In this document: piece by piece, positions 1 through 12,306 of the stretch
Numbering within the stretch: position 1 is the first letter of the stretch
Layout: each line of letters opens with the position of its first letter
The notes under the pieces: generated by a model
What the model saw: the letters and a program-made list of their open reading frames with translations, nothing else
Databases searched by the model: none
What the model was told of the DNA's origin: nothing
Source of the DNA: Carcharhinus amblyrhynchos
Lineage: Eukaryota
Reading direction: 5' to 3'
NCBI GenBank assembly: GCA_965287045.1
Contig: OZ336874.1
Location: 88,660,001 to 88,724,000, forward strand
DNA length: 64,000 nt
Made by a program: the position numbers and the translations under genes

Positions 1-554
1 ATCTTCAGATCCTGACCTCTCAGCCCTCAGTGGTGTTTTCTAAAATCTTCCCCCGACCCTTTTCAATAGTCTGGGTCTTTCTATAATAAGCCTTCTTCAC
101 ACACTGACTGGATAAAAGCTTAGGCATCGTTGAGTGCTGTAGTCACAGTACAAGGATAAAAGCAAAATCATCAGCAAAGAAATGAATGGACTTTTGACGC
201 TTCAGATTTTTGAGTCAAGGAGACAAGAAAGACCTTGGGTAACAATTTCAGATTGACTATTGGTCAAATTTAGTTGTTCCCACTGGGTATGATGAAAAAT
301 GTGTGGTTGACCCATTTCTTGGTCAGTGGGAGCATTTAAAATTGGCCCTCTGCTATTGTTTGGGGTTGTTATGAGTGATGGTGTCGACACAGTTGGGATT
401 GGAAGACACGGTTCCAGAGCTGCTTGGTTTACTGCAAAATGAAATTCTACAGTCTAGACTTTCCAGGCCCCCGCAGCATGTTTTCTGGCAGAAGAAGCAC
501 CTCGCCATTGGCATAAATTGATAATTTTAAAAAAGAATAATGCATCAAAATTAA

Positions 555-850
555 AGCTCCTTAGACAGTACCTTCCAAACCCACAAGCTGTATCATCTAG
601 AAGAAAAACGGCAGCAGATATATATGGGAATGCCATCACATTGAAGTTCCCCTTCAAGCCACTCACCATTCAAAATTGAAAATGTATTGCTGTTCCTTTA
701 CTGTTGCTGGGTTAAAATCCTGGAAAACCCTCCCTAACAACACTGTGGATATACCTACATCATGGTTCAAAAAAGCAGCTCATCATTACCTACTCGACAA
801 CAATGAATGCTGGCCTAGCCAGAGACATCCACATCCCATGAATGAATGAC
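555..850 (+). mobile_element. 3' end of a CR1-group LINE (family B; same family as 52230-52992 and 61435-61680)
   Basis: Aligns by eye with 52710-52990 (gggaa..ccatcac..aagttcccc..aagcc; gctgttcctt..ctgttgctgggt; tail gctggcctagccag..cacatcccatgaatgaatg). Confidence 0.75.
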
Positions 851-1720
851 AAAAAAAGTTACCTGGATATTTCCTGTGCACTTTCACCAGTAGCCCAGAA
901 GATCCGCAATATAAGTTTCTTTACAAACTGCATCCCAAAATCACACCTCTAAACTTGTGTCAACCCCCTGATTATCACTGCATGGTGTTGGAACCATGTT
1001 GCATACAGTTGAGAGGGGTCAGAGAACCACAAATCAAGGGCAAGCAAGGCCCAACGGGGAGGGTTCGATGAATGGCCCTAGTACACCTGTCAGATGGATC
1101 TCCCTGGAGGCAGCCAATTAGGATGCCATGTCCAGGAGTTCTTTCGAATCAAAAGAATTGAACATGTTTCGGAGACTGATGTGGATCTGGCTGTCTTACA
1201 CCTGTGAAGAGGGGGAGCTATTGCCATTAAAGCAAAAACTGTGATTTAAGTCCCCGGAGTCCCAAGCAGCATCCACTCAGTCACTAATGCCACAACATGA
1301 GGGTGCCACTTGAGAGAAGGGAGGTGCTGTCTGAACCCAGCGTCTCCCACAGGCCCAGGCCCCGGGGATTAGCACCATCTACAACCCGCTGTCACAGCCC
1401 ATGATTTTCCATGCTCGTGAATGGAAGGTAAGAAGCTAAAAGCCTGTGATTTTCCAATTTTACTCTCAGTGTAAATGCCTGTGTGGACAGCACCCGATTG
1501 AAGGCTCAGCCCTGATGTGCTCAGATTAAATTCTATGTCTGCTATTTTAATAAAGACTTTAAGCCTTTTAAAAATAAACAAGCCAGTGACTTTGCTACAA
1601 TGCCAGACTGGAATTTCATACCAACACATCAGGGCATTTGTTGCTAATGTTCCCTCCATAGTTCCTTGGGTCATTTTGCATTTTAAATGTGCTGCATGAA
1701 TCCATATGACTATTGCAATT

Positions 1721-1764
1721 TAACATAAGAAATAGGAGCAGGAGTAGGCCATCTAGCCCTTCGA
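1721..1764 (-). mobile_element. Extreme 3' tail fragment of the young CR1 LINE subfamily
   Basis: aacataagaaataggagcaggagtaggccatctagcccttcga is identical to the tail at about 58965-59007. Confidence 0.8.
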
Positions 1765-2791
1765 TTTGAACTCAGGAACTTTAAAATCAACAAGAAAAAA
1801 TTTAGTTTCTTTTTTAGCAGTCCAGTTTGAGACTCAGCCATTTCACCTGTGCTTCATTGAAACCTGAATTTAAAACTGGATGTGGAACTGATCCCAAAAA
1901 CTCGCCTTATTTTAATTCACATGCATTTTACATTAGCAATAAAGAGCCTTCAAGGTTTCATCTTATAATTATAAGAGAATTTTCTAAAGGCGTTTCTGCA
2001 CTGCAAGCTACAATAAAGAGAGGTTTTGCGGAAGGGGTTTCCGTCTTCATAACCATTCCACATGTGACATTCCAAGTAAGTGGAATGGATACATTTTATC
2101 CTCTGGATGCTGTGGATTTCCTGGCATTAGTTAGGTCTCACACCCACCCCACCCTCTTCAATTTTCAATCATTTACACCCCCTATTTAAATTCCTCTGGA
2201 ACTACATAGAAAAGGCAACCTGCCTCCAGATCTTTGCCAATTATTCTGTGCAACTGGCCAACAGGAACTGGTCAAGTGTAGGCTATTTTGGCCTTGTTTT
2301 TAATTTGTGCTCTTTCTTGGGAGGAAGCACCTCACCTCGGCTAGGCCTTTACCCTGACAGCACGGAAGAAATCAGGAATCATTGGGAGGGGAATGAGAGA
2401 GTCCTGCTACTGTCTGTATATAAGTAGAGAGATGAAATGTACACAAATTTCACACTGACGGACTGGAAACTCTTTTGGTTGATGAATATTCCTGGCTGTT
2501 CTGGGGTAGACAGGCATTGCAATAAAGATTAATTTCCTTCATTCACACTCCATGCAGAAGCAAAAGTAATGAAATTAAAACCATTTTTCCTGATACCCCT
2601 GTGACACATCAATTAATTGGAAAAAATGTTTTAGTTCAAAATTAGCGTGATGGATAAGTATTATACGTAGAAGCAGTGATGATGACTTTGAAATACACTG
2701 AGAAAAATACCACAATGGCAGGAAACGATAAGGACACAATCCCATAGAGCAGTTCATAGCTTGTTACATAAAAGGTAAAAGAGAAATCATT

Positions 2792-3087
2792 TAGAATCAT
2801 AGAATCCATATAGTGCAGAAGGAGGCCATTTGGCCCATCAGGCCTGCACTGACAACAATCCCACCCAGGCCCTATCCCCCCAACCCCACACATTAACCCT
2901 ATTAATTCCTCTGACACTAAGGGACAATGTAGCACGGCCAATCCACCTAACCCATACATCTTTGAACTGTGGGAGTAAACCCACGCAGACACAGAGAGAA
3001 TGTGTAACTTCCACACAGTCACCTGAGGTTAGAATTGAACCCAGGACCCTGGCACTGTGAAGCAGCAGTGCTAATCACTGTGCTACC
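2792..3087 (-). mobile_element. HE1-type tRNA-derived V-SINE with CR1 tail
   Basis: Minus strand reads cagtgattagcactgctgcttcacagtgccagggtcctgggttcaattc (pol III A/B boxes), then the V-domain ctgtgtggaagttac..cccacagttcaaagatg, then tail ccttctgcact..gattctatgattcta. Confidence 0.9.
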
Positions 3088-3706
3088 TAATTGTCATTTT
3101 TACTTTAAAGTACTGGGATTCTCAACTGAAGTTGTTGGGGTTATTTTACCTCTGCTCTGTGGTTGTCAAGTTAAGAAGCTGAATCTTATGAGATACTACC
3201 AAGTGGCAGTCCAGTCCGTACTGGATTTTTTCATGTCCTTCCTTTCCTTGAATTATTAGTGTGGGCGCTTTCAGTCGGTGCTGATCTTGCAATTTCACCA
3301 CAAAAGAAATAAAGGAACAGTGAAAAAAAACCTGAGATTTTAAAGATTTAGTTTTGAGTGTTTTTAAAGGATGATAGTAATGTGTAGAACCTGTTTATCC
3401 AAGGACAAGATTTCATGTAATTTATTTTATCTAATTACATTATTAGATATTTTTGTAATTGATGTGTTTCTTCATTTGTATAATGATTGCAGAATCATGA
3501 TCCTCAGAATTAGTGGGGGAAGGGTGATCAAACACTGCAAACACTTCCTTAAGGGACCTGATTTCAAAGAGATTCCTACCACAGGGAATACCTTGGGTTT
3601 GGTATCAGTAGCCACTCCTGCAAGTGGACCCTTATCCCCTCAATCCAAATACATTGTTTGCTGTCTGAGCAAACGATGATGCAAAGCTCCACAGAAGATA
3701 CCGGAA

Positions 3707-4960
3707 TGTATCACATGCAACCACATGATTCTCCTCTCTTTAGCCAGTAAATTCATTTAACACTCTTACCAAAGCAAGAAACAGGCTTTAGATAACAAGT
3801 AACTTTATTCACATACTGTAATAATTTCTGTTCATCAGTTAGGTAAATCACAATTGCAATGTTTATTTACATATAACTAAATACAGAACCTTACAGCCTC
3901 ATGGCTGCCACTCAGCTTCCAGGTATGAACTGAGTCTGTGGCCCTGATTGATTACCCAGGTCACATGATCCTCTTGACAGATCACCTTTTAAAGGGGATA
4001 AGCACCACATTTGTCCCTTTCAAGTTATTTCATACATCAATAATAATTACGTTATTCAGTCCCCAATCATTGTAAATTGAGTCTTTCAGGTGGTATTCCA
4101 TTTTTAGTGGAGTGGCATAATTCCTCTGTTAGGGGTGTTCCCTGCAAAAACTACCATGCCAGGCATCTCCTCCGGGAATGACAGATTCACCCGTCACAGG
4201 CTGGCTCAATACTTCACTGCTTGGATAGTCAATGGACGACTGGAAGGTGGTGATCTTGGTGATGAAGAAGAGAGTAGGCCATACCAAACTTGCACCTTGT
4301 GGGTAAAAGCAAATTACTGCAGATGTTGGAATCTGAAACCAAAAGAGAAAATGCTGAAACATTTCAGCAGGTCTGGCAGCATCTGTAAGGAGAGGAAAGA
4401 GCTGACGTTTCGAGTCCAGAAGACTTTTTGTCAAAGCCAAAAGACATAGGAAATGGGAGATATTTATACTGCGGGATGAGAGAATGAAAGCTGAGTCATG
4501 GCCACAGATGCAAGGGGAAAGGCTGCCTATTCCCTTCTACTGTCTCGACGGACAGCTATTAGTAGCCTTTCCCCTAGTTTCTGTGGCTATGACTCATCTT
4601 TCATTCCCTTACCCTACAATATAAATATCTCTCACTTTCTATGCCTTTTAGCTTTGACAAAGAATCATCTGGACTCAAAACGTCAGCTCTTTTCTCTCCT
4701 TACAGATGCTGAGATTTTCCAGCATTTCCTCTTATGTACCTTATGGAGTCCATTCACCTCCTTGAAGTTAATGACTTCCTTTTATGAAGATGTTTTTTGC
4801 AACCTTGGCTGCACATTTCATACACACTGCTTTTGCAATGCAAAATATAAGCCAAAACATTTAAATCAGATATTAAGGGACATTTTTTCACAGGTCAGAG
4901 TCGTGTCAACTTTCATTCACTACCAGTTTATAAAGCTAACTAAATTGTATGCTATGATAT
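3707..4960 (-). mobile_element. Degenerate Gypsy LTR retrotransposon: 3' LTR (about 3707-4009) plus integrase C-terminal remnant
   Basis: TG..CA-bounded segment with aataaa on the minus strand, preceded by purine-rich aaagggacaaa. Minus-strand 4070-4115 translates HSTKNGIPPERLNL, resembling the R-S-T-R..PP-RL-L* integrase tail. The right boundary is uncertain. Confidence 0.55.
4305..4730. mobile_element. Penelope-derived element with about 190-bp inverted arms, each holding a minimal hammerhead-like motif
   Basis: About 4345-4527 is the reverse complement of about 4562-4730. Flanked by an imperfect direct repeat tgcaccttgtgg (4291-4302) / tgtaccttatgg (4735-4746), a probable decayed TSD. Confidence 0.7.
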
Positions 4961-4997
4961 GAATTCACCTATTGAAAACATTTACTGTGGACATGTT

Positions 4998-5123
4998 GGC
5001 CAGAATTCTCCCGTCCTGCCTGCCACAGCAATTGTAGCGGGCGGGGGACAGACCATGAAAAGGTCCATTGACCTCAAGAGGGATTCTCCGGTTCTGAGGC
5101 GAGCGCCGCCAAAGAATCCCGCC
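4998..5123. mobile_element. Short palindromic MITE (related copies at about 21478-21582, 21855-21978, 31344-31468, 36999-37134, 50080-50275, 58536-58653)
   Basis: Ends ggccagaattct / agaatcccgccc are imperfect inverted repeats; the internal motif ccattgacct..gggatt recurs, inverted, at 31380-31402. Confidence 0.6.
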
Positions 5124-5899
5124 CTATCGTTGTTGCATTGAATGCATTAAAGTTTGGGATTATGTGAATGGGGAGACAGCCAATTTACCACACAAAAGAA
5201 CCTACAAATGCCCACCAAGGGGGAAGCCTGAAACAAAATATAAAAGTTGTACTTGAGTACAAAGTGGGTCACTCAGGTTGTATCTGTATTAACTAAACTA
5301 AATCATCTTGTGTTGGCAATGTCAAAACAACACTTGCTATGAGATCATAATTGTGCAATCATCCCAGGAACAACCAGAGTTTAGCATCTCCATCCATGGT
5401 ATGTTTTGTAACTGAAACTTAACTTGAAAAATTGAATTAGCTTCTCACCAACATTATCAAACTGAAAGTGTACCATTGTATACTGTTGATATCCAATAAC
5501 ATGCAGGTTAGACTGTCTGAGCATATCAGGTGACAAGACATTCTGACATAAATGATACACCAAGCGTAATCCATACTCATTTTAGTTTAAGAAACTGTCT
5601 GCATGCTGATAGGGATAAATATTTAATACTTGTTTTTTAAAGTCTTGCTAATTCTGCTGCCTGAGACTATGTTTTGGTTTTGTTTTTCTGCCAGAAGAAA
5701 GTCAGTCAGCATTAAGCAATGCATGGAACTGCAAATGTACGTTATTGCTCAGTCCAACAGCACATAGTAAATCTCACTGCATAAATCATGCAAATTGTCA
5801 GCTTCTTGCTGCATAACCATAATGGATTAGTAGGAAAGGCTTTTAGTTAATTGGACACATATTTAGTTAAGTGGAGGGAATCTCCAAGAAGATCGTGCA

Positions 5900-6089
5900 T
5901 ATCAACATAGACATCTGTCTATATATGCCGTGTTTGTGAACCCACTGTGCCATTCACCTGAGGAAGGAGCAGTGCTCCAAAAGCTCATGATTCCAAATAA
6001 ACCTGTTGGACTTTAACCTGGTGTTGTGAACTTCTTACTGCGCCCACCCCAACGCCGGCATCTCCACATCATGGAGATGTGGAGATGCC
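5900..6089 (+). mobile_element. Penelope-like terminal repeat with degenerate minimal hammerhead and a terminal 14-bp inverted duplication
   Basis: cac-CTGAGGA-a-ggagc-agt-gctcc-aAAA-gc-TC-atg at 5955-5989; the downstream part matches 15690-15778; ggcatctccacatc (6057-6070) is inverted at 6076-6089. Confidence 0.7.
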
Positions 6090-6114
6090 CGGGGGCAGCC
6101 TGAGAGGTGGTGGA

Positions 6115-6462
6115 TAGGGTTGCCAACTGTATGGGTTGCCAAATGTATTCCTGGTGTTTTTATCACATGACTTGCCCCCACACTCCAGCCATTTATCAGC
6201 CAGCACATCCATCCTTGTGATGCACTGCCTTCCTATGCAAAGTGACTCATTACCTAATTGGATGATCCTTGACTGTCAGCCAAACAGCCTTCCTTTCCCA
6301 ATTTTACTTTGTAAAAAGAATTTTTCAAAGAAATTAAAAGAAACAATTTTTTTAAAAAACCTCCCTACGGGTTTTCTCCAGGTATGTACACAGCAATGTT
6401 CTAGAGCTTCATCTTTAATTCCTGAAGACTCCAGGCCTATTCTGGAGGGTTCACCACCCTAG
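6115..6462. mobile_element. Probable hAT-type non-autonomous DNA transposon
   Basis: Begins tagggttgccaac and ends gttcaccacccta, an imperfect terminal inverted repeat of the TAGGGTTGCC class; no clean TSD. Confidence 0.45.
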
Positions 6463-6534
6463 GGAGATCTGGGCCGGGATTCTCCGATCTCATTCACCCT
6501 ACCATCTCTGCCAGCGAGAACAGAGACCACAGTG

Positions 6535-7272
6535 GGACTGGAGAATCCTGCCGCTGGACTGGAAAAACCCAGCTGCTAGACAGGAGAATCCCAGCCTTTG
6601 GACTGGAGAATCCCAACGCTGGACTGGAGAATCCCAATGCTGGACTGGAGAATCCCAGCCACCACATCAGAGAATCCCAGCCATGGACTGCAGAATCCCA
6701 GCCACTGAGCTGGAGAATCCCAGCCATTGGACTGGAGAATCCCAGCCACTGGACTGAAGATTCCCAGCTGCTGGACTGGACAATCCCAGCCTCTGTACTG
6801 GAGAATCCCAGCCGCTTCACCAGAAAATCCCAGCCACTGGATTGGAGAATCCTAGCCGTTGGACTGGAGAATTCCAGCCTCTACACCGGAGAATCCCAGC
6901 TGCTGGACTGGAGAATCCCAGCCACTGCACTGGAGAATCCCAGCTGCTGAACTGGAGAATCCCAGATGCTACACCAGAGAATCCCAGCTGCTGGAATGGA
7001 GAATCCCAGCCTCTGCACTGCAGAATCCCAGCTGCTGGAATGGAGAATCCCAGTTGCTGGACTGGGGAATTCCAGCTGCTGCATCGGAGAATCCCAGCCA
7101 CTGGATTGGAGAATCCCAGCCACTGAACTGGAGAATCCCAGCCACTGGTCTGGAGAATCCCAGCCACTGGTCTAGAGAATCCCAGCTGCTGGACTGGAAA
7201 ATCCCTTCTGCTGGACTGGAGAATCCCAGCTGCTGCATCGGAGAGTCCCAGCTGCTAGACTGGAGAATCCCT
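6535..7272. repeat. Minisatellite, 21-22 bp unit (ggactggagaatcccagc[c/t][a/g]ct), about 33 copies
   Basis: Directly visible tandem array; it accounts for all the overlapping ORFs at 6494-7296. Confidence 0.97.
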
Positions 7273-7549
7273 GCCAATTCCTGTCACCTACAGTAAAATT
7301 GACACCGTCAGAACAAATTACAAAAAAAAAATTCTTCTCTTTGGCCTATCTAAATTCAGACTTCTTCCAAAGTGGTAAAAGTCTGTTGAGTATTGTGTCG
7401 AGATTTTCACATTGTGCTGGGGTCCTTGGGGGTAGATCCAGACCAGTGTCTCATTAGGATCTCTGCAGGAAATGACACGTTTCCAATCCAATTACAACCT
7501 AAGAAAAACCAAGCAGCGTCAGTTTTCTAAGAAAGTGGAGGCATTGGTT

Positions 7550-9225
7550 GCCTGTCAGCCAGTGGCTCTGACATCCATCATTATAAAGTGCTTTGAAAGG
7601 TTAGTCATGGCACAAATCAATTCCAGCCTCCCAGGCTGCCTGGATCCACTACAGTTTGCCTACCGCCGCAACAGGTCCACAGCCAATGCCATCTCCCTGG
7701 CCTTAACTCAACCCTGGAACACCCAGATAACAAGGACACCTATAACAGACTCATATTTACTGACTGCAGCTCAGCCTTCAACACCATTATTCCCACAAAA
7801 CTCCTATCCAAACTTTGTGGCCTGGGCCTCGGCACCTCCCTTTGTGACAGGATCCTGAACGTCCTAAATCAGCAACCATCAGAATTAATTTCCAACAGAA
7901 CATGTTCTTCCCATGTCTGCATGGGTTTCCTTCAGATGCTCTGGTTTTCTCCCACAGTCCACAGATGTGCAGGTTAGGTGGACTAGTCATGCTAAATTGT
8001 CCCTTAGTGTCCAAAGATGTGTAGGGAAGGTGGATTTGCCCTGGTTAAATGTGTAGTGTGGCGGGATAGGGAGGAGGGGGGTGCGGGTGGTGGGCCTGGG
8101 TGGGATGCTCTTTGGGAGAGTAGGTGCAGGCTCAATGGGCCAAATGGCCTCCTTCTGCACTGTAAAATGTTTATGGTTTCTATGGGACAGAGGAAAAAAG
8201 AATCATGCGGCAATTAGGGAGACCACGAACAGTAAGAATAGGCAACAACATCTCCTCCACGATTATCCTCAACATTGGTGCCCCACAAGGCTGTGTTCTC
8301 AGCCCCCTATTATATTTCTTATATACCTATGACTAAGTGGCCACATTCGCCTCCAACTCAATTTTCAGGTTTGCTGATAACATCACCATAGTGGGTCGGA
8401 TCTCAAGCAATGACAAGACGAAGTACACAAATGAATTGGAGAATCTGGTGAACTGGTGCGGCAACAATACTCTCTCCCTCAATGTCAACAAAATGAAGGA
8501 AATTGTCATTGACTTCAGGAAGCTTAAAGGAGAACATGCTCCTGTCTACATCAACGGGGATGAAGTAGAAAGGCTCAAGGGCTTCAAGTTTTTAGGTGTT
8601 CAGATCACCAACAACCTGTCCTGGCCCCCCCATGCCAACACTGTAGTTAAGAAAGCCCACCAGCACCTCCACTTTCTCAGAAGACTGAAGGAAATTTGGC
8701 ATGTCAGGTACAACTCTCACCAATCTTTACAGATGCACCATAGAAAGCAGTCTTTCTGGTCATATCACAACTTGGTCTGGCTCCTGCTCTGCCCATGACA
8801 GCAAGGAACTATAAAAGGTCATGAATATAGCCCAATACATCACGCAAACCAACCTCCCATCCATTGACTCTGTCTACTCTTCCTGATGCCTCAGCAAAGC
8901 AGCCAGCAAACTAAGGAACCTATGTCCCCTGGACGTTCTCTCTTCCACTTTCTTCTGCCGGGAAAAAGATACAAAAGTCTGAGGTCACGTACCAACCGAC
9001 TCAAGAACATCTTCTTCCCTGCTGCTGTCAGACTTTTGAGTGGACTTACCTTGCATTCAGTTGATCTTTCTCTACACCCTAGCTATGATTGTAACACTAC
9101 GTTCTGCACTCACTCATTTCCTTCTCTATGAACGGTTTGCTTTGTATGTATAGCGCTCAAGAAACAATATGCTTCACTGTATGTTAATACATGTGACAAT
9201 AATAAATCAAATCAAATCAAATCAA
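7550..9225 (+). mobile_element. 5'-truncated Rex1/Babar LINE (RT plus 3' UTR), interrupted at 7866-8222
   Basis: Translations [30 protein letters not shown] and FADNITIVGRIS..KEIVIDFRK..FKFLGVQITNNLSW..VVKKAHQHLHFLRRL; (aatca)n tail at 9205-9226. Confidence 0.92.
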
Positions 9226-9917
9226 TCATCCTGTGTCCAGTATTGAGGAAGTATGTCACATGACCTCCCCAAGCTGCATTGTGATATCGTCTGTTGGAAA
9301 TTAATTCTGACGGTTGCTGATTTTGGCCTCCAGTGTGAACAGAGCTCCAGCCAACGGTCTGTGCTGTCTACCATCAGTCTGGTGACAGCAAAAAGAACTT
9401 GGACCCTCATCAAGCCTGCAAACTTCTGGAACCTTGGAACTCATGTCTCCAAATTAATTCATTCTACGTGCTTTCTCCTGTCTTGGCAATCTTGCTCTGG
9501 GAAGGCAACCAGTTAACATTTCCTCAGAAGAACTTTCCCAGTTAACTTTTGATTCGGGACTCTGGATACATATAAAACTCAGACTTGTATTTTTATTGTG
9601 GTGATGACCTGAACTCTCTTCCCTTTTCTTTATCCTCCATCTACTGTGTGACTGTAAAATGGGTGAATGTTGCAAAACCCCTCTTGCACGTGGATATAAA
9701 ATAAAACAACCCTTTTATTTTCATCTTACCTCAAGTTTGCTATACAACTCATTAATAGAGGATTAGGGCATTAGAAATTTAAGGGTTAGGGGAACAATGT
9801 CATATTTATGAAGGGAAAAATCAGGAAGAAAAGATAAAGGGTAGTTTAAATTGACCCTGTTCCTGTCCATTACAATGCTCTTACCATGATGTGAGAGGAA
9901 AACCAGCAAGATGAGCA

Positions 9918-10240
9918 AAATGGTGACACAGTGCTTAGCCTTGGGTGACTGTCAGTGTGGAGTATGTATGTTCTCCACATGTCTGTGTGGGTTTCCTTCA
10001 GATGCTCTGGTTTTCTCCCACAGTCCACAGATGTGCAGGTTAGGTGGACTGGTCATGCTAATTTGTCCCTTAGTGTCCAAAGATATGTAGGTAAGATGGA
10101 TTTGCCCTGGTTAAATGTGCGGTGTTGACGGGGGGGGGGGTGGTGGTGGGCCTGGGTGGGATGCTCTTTGGGAGAGTAGGTGCAGGCTCAATGGGCCAAA
10201 TGGCCTCCTTCTGCACTGTAAAGTGTTTATGGTTTCTATG
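9918..10240 (+). mobile_element. HE1-type V-SINE (head partly deleted); donor of the copy at 7902-8222
   Basis: V-domain and CR1-type tail ggcctccttctgcactgtaaagtgtttatggtttctatg. Confidence 0.88.
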
Positions 10241-11961
10241 GGATAGAGGGAAGAAGAATCATGCGGCAATTAGGGAGATGCACTCCCACTAAATATTAAC
10301 TGCCCTCCAAAGATTATGAAGGCAACACAATTCCTTTTGAGGATTTTAGTGAGGAGGTGTGCATTAAAAGAGAGCAGATGTAATTGAAAATCTTTGTAAA
10401 TTATTATATAAAGTTCTATAGCCGTGGTCATTTGATGCAGTGCCATCTCTGGAGCTATGAATTGAAGACTAGACTCTCCTTTTGTGGCACTTTATCATTC
10501 CAGGGAACCATTGGGATTTCAGTAATATGGGCTCGGGAACATAACAGTTATGTATTCTTTAGTCGACAGATCCAATTTTTAAATTCATCCCAGCTGCCAT
10601 CATGGTAAGGGAGGAGAAAGCTAGATCTATCCAGTTCTGTGAGGTTGCAGGGTCTCGAGTGTTTAAGCTGCAATAAATGGTGTCCATATTGCTTTGTAAA
10701 CATTGAGTCAATTCCTTCAATTTGAGCAAACCTCTTGAATGCACAGATTTTATGTTGATGGCAAAGCATCATTGTAGGTCAACTGACAGACAGAAATAGA
10801 ATCATGAATCCATTGTTCATGCTGAGGATTTAATACACAATATTAACCATATTGCCTAACCCTTTAGATTTTTCCTCCCTCTGCAGCAACATCTTTCATC
10901 TAATTTGCTTCACCTCATGTCTGCATGACAAGGTTGGGAAATAAATGTGTAAGAACTGAGGTCGCAAACCTATATTGGGGTTCCTACAAGCTGCTCTGTT
11001 CATCAACACACTTTTAACTTCTGCTGGTGTACTTGACTTTTGAGGATAAAAGCCCGAGAGTGAAATAAATAAAAGAACACAGAAAGACTTAAAAAAAAAG
11101 AGAATGAAGATTATTTCCAAAATAACCAAATCTGTAACAAGAAACCAATAGAGGGAAATTAAAGCAATTGGGTTAGTGCAAATAGTCAACAGAATACAAA
11201 ATATGTTATCTCGAGCAGCTATTAAAGCCAATATTTAAAATGAAAGATAAATACTTACAGAAGAATACAGAGAACAGCAGAGTATAGAGAGACAGCATGG
11301 CCACTTTGGTTTAGTGAATTCCCTGCTTTTTGTGCTAGAATTTCTATGAATAAGCCAATTTTTTTTTTCATAATGGAAAATAATACAGTCCCAGAACACC
11401 ACTCCAGGGAACAGTCCTCAGCAGTCTGCACCTGGATGGGCTAACCCCACTCTGTAATGTTAAAACAGCTCACTTAAATACTTTCTGGTGCTAGGAACAT
11501 CAAAGAGCCACAGGCAAAACCTGAAATCTTGACAGCACCAACTATTGTAGGCCCACTGGCTATTCATGAACACTGGCCACTTTTTATGTTGAACAGGGCA
11601 ACAGTTTAGTCTTTTGAGGTCAAGGCAGAAAAGATCAGCATTCTGTAGATACTGATAGCTATCCAGTCAGAACACTTTCTTTTATTGGGCTCTCAGCAAT
11701 GCAATCTAGTCAAATTATACAAAGGTTTCTTAATTTAACATTTTTTGTGGCCTTTATGCATTGGCTCATCATAGCAGATTATGTTGAGCTACAGCCCTTC
11801 ACTTTCAGTAGCATACTCAGCCTCACAGAGACAACTACACTTAGATATATCACTTTGATAGAAGCAAAGTCTGGGTGATGACCTCAAATGGATGTATATT
11901 TATTGCCTTGGTACAGTATTTGGATTTGACATTTATGTCACTCAAAATCATTTATAGCAAA

Positions 11962-12306
11962 GGGAGGAGATGGTCAAGTGGTATTATCATTAGACCATTA
12001 ATCTAGAAATTCAGCTAATGTTTTGGGGACCTAGGCTCAAATCCCAGTACAGCAGATAGTTGAATTTGGGTGCAATAAAGTATCTGGAACTAAGAATCTA
12101 TTGATGACCATGAAACCATTGCCAATTGTCGTAAAAACTCATCTGGTTCACTAATGCCCTTTAGGAAAGGAAACCTGCCATCCTTGCCTAGTTTGGCCTA
12201 CATGTGAGTCCAGAAATGGCCTGGCAAGCTACTCAGTTCAAGAGCAACTAGGGATGGGTAATAAATGCTAGCCAACCAGCCACGCCCATACCCCACGAAT
12301 GAATGA
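11962..12306 (+). mobile_element. tRNA-derived SINE (family B) sharing its 3' tail with CR1-group LINE family B
   Basis: A-box-like tggtcaagtgg, B-box-like ggctcaaatcc, body catctggttcactaatgccctttaggaaagg, tail agggatgggtaataaatgctagcc..gaatgaatg. Confidence 0.8.

Noticed and set aside
202-432. Possible minus-strand terminal exon (ttttgcag acceptor, then about 76 open codons)
   Set aside because: No recognisable protein similarity and no supporting neighbouring exons; a TBLASTN or RNA-seq check would be needed.
6535-7272. Regular short repeats resembling a CRISPR array
   Set aside because: Units are head-to-tail with no unique spacers, there are no cas genes, and the context is vertebrate.
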